In this document: piece after piece, positions 41,922-49,195 of the stretch | How the letters are laid out: every line of letters begins with the position of its first letter | How positions within the stretch are numbered: the stretch's first letter is position 1 | Source: Syntrophaceae bacterium | Lineage (GTDB): Bacteria; Desulfobacterota; Syntrophia; Syntrophales; Smithellaceae | Length of the DNA stretch: 59,938 nt | Assembly: GCA_003139775.1 (NCBI GenBank) | Contig: PLGI01000116.1 | Coordinates: 1 to 59,938 of the forward strand | Reading direction: 5' to 3' | The notes under the pieces: generated by a model | Database searches by the model: none | What the model saw: the letters and a program-made list of their open reading frames with translations, nothing else | Told to the model about the DNA's origin: nothing | Position numbers and translations under genes: made by a program

Positions 41922-43669
41922 AACGCAATCTTTTTTTTAAAATATTATTCAGCTATCTGGTTATTGTCTGTTTGTCATTTTTTATTCTGGATCTATTGAT
42001 TAAGGACGAGATTAAAAAAGTCATGACGGATAAGATTGAGGCTGAACTATTTGCCTATGCCGAACTAATTGATTTGAATCCGGCACAGAAAATGTCTGAT
42101 CAGCTCCAGCAAATTGCCCGGATATCCAACTCCCGAGTTACACTGGTGGACGCGCAGGGCAGAGTGTTAGCTGATTCGGAGAAAGATATCATCACAATGG
42201 AGAATCATTTTAATCGTCCGGAATTGCAGGAAGCCCGGCTAAAGGGCAAGGGCAAATCCATCCGCTTCAGCCAGACCATCGGCGTGGATATGCTTTACGT
42301 GGCCATACCCATGAAGTCAGGATCACAGATAACAGGATATGTGCGTTTCGCACGCCCTCTTCATGATGTACAGAGCGCGATTGAAAAAATCTATCAATCT
42401 ATTTTTCTGGCAATGATGATTGTTGCGATTATAGCGCTTGTCATTGCACTGATCTTTTCTTACCGTTTAACTGCGCCGATTCGAGCGCTGGAAAAATTCA
42501 CTGAAAGATTGCGTCAGGGCGAGCCTTCGGGGAGCATTATTTTAAAAACGTCAGATGAAACGAAGAATCTGGCCGATAACATCAATTATCTTGTAGATGA
42601 ACTGCAAAGTCAGATTCGGCTGGCCAATGAAGAGAAAAGTAAGCTGATGACGGCTTTTACCAGCATGACCGAAGGAGTTCTTATTCTCAATGCGGAAGAT
42701 AAAATAGAATTTGTCAATCAGGCATTGGGTAACATGCTGGCTGAACAATACGGAGATATTAATGGTAAAACGCTGATGGAAGCCTTCCTCAATGCAGACT
42801 TGCAAAAATCATTTCTTAAATTTAAGGAGAAACATATCACGGTAGTTGAGGAAGTCACTCTGGGCAGCTTCGAGCCGGTCATCTTAGGAGTCAGTATCTC
42901 TTCCGTGCATAATTATCCGGGCGAAGAAAAAGTAATGGTGGTCTTTCATGATGTTACAAGGTTGAAGAAACTGGAAAAGATTCGTGTTGATTTTGTAGCC
43001 AATGTCACGCATGAAATTCGTACACCGCTTACAGCTATTATAGGCTATCTGGAAACAATTAATGCCGGAGCAATCAATAACACGGATGACGCTAAAAGAT
43101 TTATTGATATAAGCTTGAAACAGGCCCGGCGTTTGAATCGTCTAGTTGAAGATTTACTGGTCATATCAAAAGTTGAGCTGGGTGAAATTAAATTACATTT
43201 TGAAGGAGTTTCTGTACGTGATGTTTTCGTAAGTGCCATGCCGCTTGTTGAGGCGAAGGCCGGATTAAAAAAAATAAACATACAAAATAACTTGCAGAAA
43301 AATCTCCCACACATTTGGGCAGACAGAGACAGGCTTACTCAGATACTGGTAAATGTTTTAGACAATGCCGTCAAGTTCACGCCGGAGGATGGCAGTATTT
43401 TTATTGATGCCGGGCAAAAAGATAACTATATTGTATTGACAATAACAGACACGGGAATCGGCATACCGAAAGAAGAAGTTCAGCGTCTTGGTGAGCGTTT
43501 TTACCGGGTGGAACGGTCGCGTTCGCGCGATTTGGGCGGAACCGGGCTCGGGCTGTCAATTGTTAAGCATCTGATGATTGCTCACGGCGGCAAAATGGAA
43601 ATCGAAAGCCAATTGGGTCGTGGAACTAAAGTGTCTTTATTTTTCCCAATGAGAATAATTAATTGCTAG
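41918..43669 (+). CDS. phoR: Phosphate-sensing histidine kinase, PhoR-like
   Basis: It has TM segments, a PAS-like region, the H-box FVANVTHEIRTPLT and the HATPase boxes DTGIGI and GGTGLGLSIVKH. The GTG start at 41918 follows AAAGGAG and overlaps the phoU stop (GTGA). Confidence 0.85.
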   Translation: MKRNLFFKILFSYLVIVCLSFFILDLLIKDEIKKVMTDKIEAELFAYAELIDLNPAQKMSDQLQQIARISNSRVTLVDAQGRVLADSEKDIITMENHFNRPELQEARLKGKGKSIRFSQTIGVDMLYVAIPMKSGSQITGYVRFARPLHDVQSAIEKIYQSIFLAMMIVAIIALVIALIFSYRLTAPIRALEKFTERLRQGEPSGSIILKTSDETKNLADNINYLVDELQSQIRLANEEKSKLMTAFTSMTEGVLILNAEDKIEFVNQALGNMLAEQYGDINGKTLMEAFLNADLQKSFLKFKEKHITVVEEVTLGSFEPVILGVSISSVHNYPGEEKVMVVFHDVTRLKKLEKIRVDFVANVTHEIRTPLTAIIGYLETINAGAINNTDDAKRFIDISLKQARRLNRLVEDLLVISKVELGEIKLHFEGVSVRDVFVSAMPLVEAKAGLKKINIQNNLQKNLPHIWADRDRLTQILVNVLDNAVKFTPEDGSIFIDAGQKDNYIVLTITDTGIGIPKEEVQRLGERFYRVERSRSRDLGGTGLGLSIVKHLMIAHGGKMEIESQLGRGTKVSLFFPMRIINC

Positions 43670-43761
43670 TAATAAAATTTAACAAACCTAATGCGGCGAA
43701 ATTTTTCTCCGTTTAAATCCGCCATTAGCCAATATAATATAAAAATATAAGGAGAAATATT

Positions 43762-44061
43762 ATGAACAATGAATCCCCATGGTATTTGAAAAAGTCACCA
43801 TTAGGTGCCGCGTACCAGCATTTTTCAAATGTTGCCAAACAGAAAACTGTTTTAGATGCAAAAACAAAAGAATTAATCAGATTAGCTATAGCGTCGGTTT
43901 TTAGGTGTAATCATTGTACAGAGCATCATATTAAAGACGCACTTGATGCGGGGGCAACAAAAGAGGAAATTTCGGAAGCTTTGCTTCTTGCTTCGTTACA
44001 GGCAGCAGGGACCCAGCTCAATTGGAGCAAAGAATTATTTGAAAAATATTTAGGCGATTAG
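43762..44061 (+). CDS. Carboxymuconolactone decarboxylase/AhpD-like family protein
   Basis: 99 aa with the CxxC-containing FRCNHCTEHHIKDALDAGATKEEISEAL, typical of CMD/AhpD-fold proteins. Confidence 0.7.
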   Translation: MNNESPWYLKKSPLGAAYQHFSNVAKQKTVLDAKTKELIRLAIASVFRCNHCTEHHIKDALDAGATKEEISEALLLASLQAAGTQLNWSKELFEKYLGD

Positions 44062-44215
44062 TGACCTGCGCGAGTTTAAATATTTGATTTGCTCATTAGC
44101 GATGCCGCAATTCAAATGGTATTAATTTTATTTTAAGTAACATGTACGGACTCGTGGGTGTTGTCGAGAATATTTTTTTCATCCATTCCTTCCTGAAAAC
44201 AGTAAATCGTCAGCT

Positions 44216-44489
44216 TTGAGTGGAGCCTCCTCCGGCAGGTGCCGGAGGCTTCCCGTAATAATAAGATCCAAACTTCAGAAATAAAGTGCATAACCTAATA
44301 ACCTGAAGGTCACGCGAGGTCATCTATGACTGATGCTTGCAGGTCGAATGAATGAAACTCAAATATTACAAACGCAGTGCCGTAATATTTGTAAGTTGAA
44401 TTCATCCCGCGAAGCAGAGGATAGCGCGGCCTTCCGCGGGTTTTAGCGCATTCCTTCCCCGGCTGGGGGATTCCAAGTCGCGGGATTAA
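44216..44489. repeat. Mosaic hairpin repeat patch (inverted copy of 38394-38598 with extra modules)
   Basis: Its reverse complement aligns with 38394-38598. It also carries the aatgaaact-CAAATATTAC...GTAATATTTG-taagttgaatt module (44351-44403). A 33-nt block (44290-44322) is identical to 38040-38072. Confidence 0.85.
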
Positions 44490-44535
44490 AATACACTATT
44501 TCAAACGATCTTTTTTTCTTTATATCTTAACTGGC

Positions 44536-44569
44536 TCGTCATCATTCTGTAATACAAAGCGTGTAAACT
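44536..44569 (+). promoter_or_regulatory. Pho-box-like site plus -10 upstream of the porin-like gene
   Basis: TCGTCAT catt CTGTAAT (44536-44553), then TAAACT (44564-44569) 10 nt later. The box-to-(-10) spacing is the same as at pstS. Confidence 0.45.
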
Positions 44570-44618
44570 GCCCGCAAAATTGTAAAAGATAAAAAAACTT
44601 TTAATTTAGGAGGGAAAA

Positions 44619-45944
44619 ATGAAGAGATTTTGGTTAATTTTATTATCACTGGGGCTGATTATGGTCTTCAGCGCGTCGGCTTTCGCGGTCGATGTCAAGG
44701 TTAGCGGCGATTTTTATATCGCCGGATTGTATTTAGATAAAACTAGTTTAGCAAAAGATGCGGAAACTAATCCGAGCACCGCATTTTATTATCAGCGGTT
44801 AAGAGTCAGGACTGATTTTATTGTTTCTCCCGGTCTTACCCTGGTTACCCGTTTCGATGCTCTGGAAAGAGTTTGGGGTGGAGCAAGAAGCGCTCCCGGT
44901 ACGACTTTGGCCCCAAATTCAGATGATACGTTAGCGGAAAAACAAAACATTGCTTTCGAGTGGGCTTATATCGATTATGTATCGCCTATCGGTACTTTCG
45001 ACATCGGCTTGATGAATGACGGAGAAACAGGAACAATATTCGGAAACACCTATCAACCTCTTGGCCGGATAAAATGGAACAAAGCCTTTGGTCAGTTCAC
45101 CCTTAAAGCTGATATTACAAAAGCCAAAGACCAGAGCTACTCGGCCGTTAATTCTACTGCAACCTACACAGATGCGGATGATGATAAATATGGTCTGGAA
45201 GGAGTTTATCAATGGAAGGATGGCAGAGCAGGTATGAAAGTTACTTACTACCGCTATGCCGATAGTGAACCAGCACCAGGCAACTATAGGAAAACTTACT
45301 TCAAATTTGAGCCATATGTTATTACCAAAATCGGGCCTGTGGACATACAGTCAGAAATCAACTACGCCAATGGTAATTTAAAAAGTTATGATGACACCAG
45401 TCTAGGTGCAGACGTTAAACTGGTAAATTTGAGCGGTTGGATTGACGCAACCGCCAAATTAGGTATGGCTTATTTCGGCGGCACTATTGCTTATGTATCG
45501 GGTGATGATCCCAACACTAAAGACAGGCAGGAAGGCGGTACTTTAAATGGTGGCACTGAGTGGAATCCCTGTTTGATTCTATTCAACTATTATGATCGTA
45601 CTTACTGGGTTGGCGGTCTTGCCGGTGATGGCACCTCTACCAATAGTGGACCGATGTCCAATGCCTGGTTCTATCAAGGCCGGGCTGGTGTGAAGCCCAT
45701 TGCTGATCTGGATATTATGGCATCACTGTCCCATGCAGACGTCGATAAGAAACCGGCTGGTTTTGTCGGTGGCACCTATGGTACGGAAGTTGATCTTACC
45801 GGCACCTACAAAATCACCAATAATCTGTCATACATGCTGGGTGTAGCTTACTTATTCACCGGCGATTACTTTAAAGGCACCAGCGCAACTGGCGAAGTTG
45901 GCAATGACTACATGCTCATTAACAAACTTACTCTTACCTTTTAA
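44619..45944 (+). CDS. Outer-membrane beta-barrel porin-like protein
   Basis: 441 aa with a signal peptide (...SASAFA/VD), alternating beta-strand patterning, many Gly/Tyr/Asp, and a C-terminal ...NKLTLTF ending in Phe, as in OMP sorting signals. Confidence 0.65.
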   Translation: MKRFWLILLSLGLIMVFSASAFAVDVKVSGDFYIAGLYLDKTSLAKDAETNPSTAFYYQRLRVRTDFIVSPGLTLVTRFDALERVWGGARSAPGTTLAPNSDDTLAEKQNIAFEWAYIDYVSPIGTFDIGLMNDGETGTIFGNTYQPLGRIKWNKAFGQFTLKADITKAKDQSYSAVNSTATYTDADDDKYGLEGVYQWKDGRAGMKVTYYRYADSEPAPGNYRKTYFKFEPYVITKIGPVDIQSEINYANGNLKSYDDTSLGADVKLVNLSGWIDATAKLGMAYFGGTIAYVSGDDPNTKDRQEGGTLNGGTEWNPCLILFNYYDRTYWVGGLAGDGTSTNSGPMSNAWFYQGRAGVKPIADLDIMASLSHADVDKKPAGFVGGTYGTEVDLTGTYKITNNLSYMLGVAYLFTGDYFKGTSATGEVGNDYMLINKLTLTF

Positions 45945-45977
45945 TAACAAGAGAGTTGTTTAATTGTTATTTTGAAA

Positions 45978-46008
45978 CCCCGGGAGGGTGGATAAAAACT
46001 TCCCGGGG
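45978..46008 (+). terminator. Possible terminator hairpin after the porin-like gene
   Basis: ccccggga...tcccgggg stem, with a weak T-tract (attta). Confidence 0.4.
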
Positions 46009-46011
46009 ATT

Positions 46012-46198
46012 TATAATGAGTCCCAAATTTTAGAAGCGGAGCGCACTGAAATTTGCTGGACGATTTATCCCCAAAGCGTAGCGAAGTGGGATTTGAGACT
46101 CGCTGACTATAGGAAGCGTTAGTCGAATTATCCCCCAAGCATAGTACCCTGAAGGGCATCTGCGACGACGTGAGATTTGAGACTCCAATTTCAGAAAA
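46012..46198. repeat. Mosaic hairpin repeat patch
   Basis: It contains gagtcccaaattttagaagcggagcgcactgaaatt, ccccaaagcgtaGCGAAGTgggg, cgaattatccc and gagactccaatttcag. It is collinear with 6179-6260 and 35783-35880. Confidence 0.85.
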
Positions 46199-46208
46199 GG
46201 TATAAAAA

Positions 46209-46661
46209 ATGAAGATTCCGACCATGAATAATATATTTAATCTGGCCATTAGAATTATCGTCATCATACTTACAGTGTTTATTATTGCTGTGCTGTTTGT
46301 TGGCCTGTTTCATACGATTTGGGGGATTAAGGAATTTTTACTTACAAAGTCTATCGGCCAATCGTTCAACGTCATCGTTGTCAATATTTTAACTTTTCTT
46401 GTCATTATCGAATTGTTCCGGAGTTTTGTCGTTTATTTTGAGACGCACCGGTTTCGCCTGAACACGATGATTGATCCGGCTATTATCTTTGTTATCCGTG
46501 AATTAATTGTCAAGCTTTACGGCGAACAAAACATGTCCTGGGAAACGATTGCAGCTTTTGGATTCCTTCTGTTGTGTCTGGGGATCATTCGAAGCCTTGC
46601 CGTCAAATACAGTCCCAGTGATGAAACTGGGGAATGCAAACCGCTTTCGCCGTCTTCATAA
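46209..46661 (+). CDS. PsiE-like (phosphate-starvation-inducible) membrane protein
   Basis: 150 aa with 4 hydrophobic segments. The core IIELFRSFVVYFETHRFRL...IFVIRELIV resembles the PsiE family pattern (FEFIALIVKYF...RYF..IGITAIVR.I). It lies in the Pho neighbourhood. Confidence 0.5.
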   Translation: MKIPTMNNIFNLAIRIIVIILTVFIIAVLFVGLFHTIWGIKEFLLTKSIGQSFNVIVVNILTFLVIIELFRSFVVYFETHRFRLNTMIDPAIIFVIRELIVKLYGEQNMSWETIAAFGFLLLCLGIIRSLAVKYSPSDETGECKPLSPSS

Positions 46662-46712
46662 TGCTAAGAAAGAATGAGATGCGTTGAGCATCCATCGGTC
46701 TTAGTGCAGATA

Positions 46713-46870
46713 GGCCTTTTCCATCGGATGGGCTGGTCGCGTTCGCGAGATTTGGGCGGAACTAGTTTCGGATTGTCGATAGTGAAACATTTGATGATTG
46801 CTCATGGAGGCAAGATAGAAATTTAATGACAGTTTGACTGCGGCACAAAAGTATCTTTATTTTTCCCGAT
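46713..46870 (+). pseudogene. Decayed fragment of a histidine-kinase 3' end (paralogous to the phoR 3' end)
   Basis: It aligns by eye with phoR 43495-43650 (...ggtcgcgttcgcg.gatttgggcggaac...catttgatgattgctca.gg.ggcaa.at.gaaat...gt.tctttatttttccc). It would encode ...SRSRDLGGTSFGLSIVKHLMIAHGGKIEI but has in-frame TAA TGA. No upstream kinase body is present. Confidence 0.8.
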
Positions 46871-47019
46871 ACAAAAAGTATAATCCTTCAGAAAAAATGA
46901 TAAGCCTTATCCTTGCGAAAAACGAAGTGACGAAGCAATCTAAATGTCAGGGAATGGTCAGCCTGCCAGACGTATGTCTGGACGATCTTTTCTCTGCCTT
47001 ATTCATGGAGGTATAGACA

Positions 47020-47844
47020 ATGGAAAGCGCGATAGCAAAAGCAATTCAACTCAAATACCAGCCGGTGGCTCTGCTCTGGTCTAATGAAAAGCCGCAAGGC
47101 GCAATGCAGTTTCAGGAAGGCAAATGGGGCTGTGTCATGTGGCTTGCCGCCCATGCCGCGAAAGGAAAAACGGCTGTCGCCGATATAAAAACATTCGGCT
47201 GTTTCGGCGGAGGAGTCGGCCTGGGTTTCGGCAATCAATATAAAAATTTCCCCGGCGGTGAAGAAGGCTTTTGCAATTTTCTTTCCGATGGAAACGCAAA
47301 CAGGAAAGACGGGGAGGAACTGGCCGAAAAAATAAAGCCGTTTATGCGCGCTGAAGCTTACGATAATTTCCTGCATGGTGAACGCTACGTTAAATCTCCC
47401 GCTCTCGTTAAAAAATTTGTTGAAAACCTTCCGCTGACAGAAATTCCGAAACAGTATGTTGTTTTTCAGCCATTGGATACCATTGATACAAAGAAGGAAA
47501 AACCTCAGACGATTATTTTCTTTGTTAATCCCGATCAGCTTTCCGCATTAGTCGTTCTGGCAAACTTCGGACGCGAGGATAATGAGAATGTGATTATTCC
47601 TTATGCCGCCGGGTGCCAGACCATAGGCATTTATCCGTACCTGGAGGCTAAGTCAGCCAAGCCGCGTGCCGTTGTGGGCCTGACCGATCTTTCCGCGCGC
47701 GTCTATATCCGCAAACAATTAGGCGATAATCATCTTATGACTTTTTCTGCGCCATTTGCTTTTTTTGAAGAGATGGAGCAAAATGTTCCCGGCTCTTTTT
47801 TGGAGCGACATACCTGGGAGAGCCTGCTTTCTGAAAAAAGTTAG
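47020..47844 (+). CDS. DUF169-family protein (hypothetical)
   Basis: 274 aa. The overall pattern (PVALLWS...GCVMW...FGCFGGGVGLGFG...IIFFVNPDQLSALVVLANF...AGCQTIG) resembles DUF169/COG2043 proteins. Confidence 0.5.
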   Translation: MESAIAKAIQLKYQPVALLWSNEKPQGAMQFQEGKWGCVMWLAAHAAKGKTAVADIKTFGCFGGGVGLGFGNQYKNFPGGEEGFCNFLSDGNANRKDGEELAEKIKPFMRAEAYDNFLHGERYVKSPALVKKFVENLPLTEIPKQYVVFQPLDTIDTKKEKPQTIIFFVNPDQLSALVVLANFGREDNENVIIPYAAGCQTIGIYPYLEAKSAKPRAVVGLTDLSARVYIRKQLGDNHLMTFSAPFAFFEEMEQNVPGSFLERHTWESLLSEKS

Positions 47845-47847
47845 TTT

Positions 47848-48135
47848 TTTGTCATTGCGATGATCAGCCAAAAGCGGAGAAGAAGCAATCCCATAACTAG
47901 ACGGATGCCACTTTGAACGAATGCGAGAAGTCTTAAGACAGTTGAAGGAAGTGTCGTTGCCCAAAAATCCTTTTCGCTGCCGGAAAGCGTTTTGGATAAA
48001 TCTAAGGCTTGCTTCAGGCGATTACAAAACTCGCCTTCGGCTCAATCAGTTGTAATCGCTGATCTTACGCTTCGCCAAGATTTATTAGCCAATACGCTTT
48101 CAATGGCCGTTCAAATAGATATTTTTTGGGCAACA
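47848..48135. repeat. Hairpin-rich repeat/MITE-like segment
   Basis: It begins with gtcattgcga...gaagcaatc. A 12-bp inverted repeat, gttgcccaaaaa (47956-47967) / tttttgggcaac (48123-48134), encloses a 10-bp stem gcgattacaa (48018-48027) / ttgtaatcgc (48050-48059). Confidence 0.6.
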
Positions 48136-48243
48136 GGTCAACTGCGATTTTATATTTTACAAAAAATATTGTGTGTTATATAGAATAAGAAAAAGTGAAG
48201 TTCATATATTAATTGTTAGCATTAAAATATTGGAAAGTGTTGC

Positions 48244-48894
48244 ATGAAGGAATATATTAAAAAATTGGGGGAAAAATCTTCTTCTGAAATACTTAAGATA
48301 GTGCATTTTCATGCATTAACAGCGTATACATATTATTTTACAGAAAAAAAGGTCACTTCTGGAGAAAAACTTACACTTATACTTGCCGATCCAAGATTTA
48401 ATAAAGAAACTATTTCAGGTACAGAACTTCTCCCTAGGTTAAGAGATTACAATAAAACTTATTTAATAGATTTATCATTCCTTCATTGCGTTTCAATATT
48501 TGAATGGTATTTATTTGATTTATTAGAGGCATTGCTAAAGTTAAGGCCAGAACACATTGGCAGTAAGAAGCAATTAGAGTTAAGTATAGTTTTTGACTCA
48601 GCAGATAAATCTGAAATCATTGAAAAAATAATTGACGCTGAGTTAAACAAACTAAAATATCAAAATGTCATTGAATGGATGGTCTATCTAAATAAAATAG
48701 TAAAAATTAAATATCCATCAGATAGTGACATTAAAAAATTGGCAGAAATAAAAGCCAGCAGAGATATAATAGTGCACAATAATTATATAGTGAATGATGT
48801 ATACTTAAGGAAATCGGGGAAATGTGCTAGGTTTAAGCTTGGAGGAAAGCTAAATGTAAATGAAAAGGAGTATTTTAATCTTGTTTGGGGTTAA
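48244..48894 (+). CDS. HEPN-like (RxxxxH) hypothetical protein, possibly 3'-truncated
   Basis: 216 aa, all-helical-looking and very AT-rich. It has an Rx4H motif in ...KLAEIKASRDIIVHNNYIVND about 40 aa from the C-terminus, as in HEPN RNase-type domains. It is flanked by repeat patches, and no partner gene was seen. Confidence 0.5.
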   Translation: MKEYIKKLGEKSSSEILKIVHFHALTAYTYYFTEKKVTSGEKLTLILADPRFNKETISGTELLPRLRDYNKTYLIDLSFLHCVSIFEWYLFDLLEALLKLRPEHIGSKKQLELSIVFDSADKSEIIEKIIDAELNKLKYQNVIEWMVYLNKIVKIKYPSDSDIKKLAEIKASRDIIVHNNYIVNDVYLRKSGKCARFKLGGKLNVNEKEYFNLVWG

Positions 48895-48896
48895 TT

Positions 48897-48916
48897 CCCC
48901 GTAGCTTGCTGCGGGG
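48897..48916. repeat. Palindromic repeat unit ccccgtagc-tt-gctgcgggg
   Basis: Same unit as accccgcagcttgctgcg (38171-38188) and accccacagcttgctg (57974-57989). It starts 2 nt after the HEPN-like ORF stop. Confidence 0.8.
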
Positions 48917-49195
48917 TAGTTCATTGATTGTGCGGCATTTATAAAGAATATCATAGAAAATATTAGCATAAAAGTAGTTAGCAATTTCAACTTTATAATC
49001 TAACGATGCAATCTACAGGACGCTCATTCCTCGCGCCGGTGGTCTTTACGTTAGCCCAAATCTATAATCATCAAATTATCAAATAAACATAGTATCCATA
49101 AACCACTTTATAAATTCATTGCCTGTCTGAAAAAGGTGTGCTAGTTTACGACACATTCAAGAGGAATAATCTGTATTTAAATAACCGATAAATAA

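Noticed and set aside
44062-44215. Short minus-strand ORF (about 28 aa, MKKIFSTTPTSPYMLLKIKLIPFELRHR) with an AGGAAGG upstream
   Set aside because: It is too short and featureless to support without conservation or expression data.
46999-47376. 125-aa minus-strand ORF opposite the DUF169 gene
   Set aside because: It lies entirely antisense within a longer, better-supported plus-strand ORF and has no SD.
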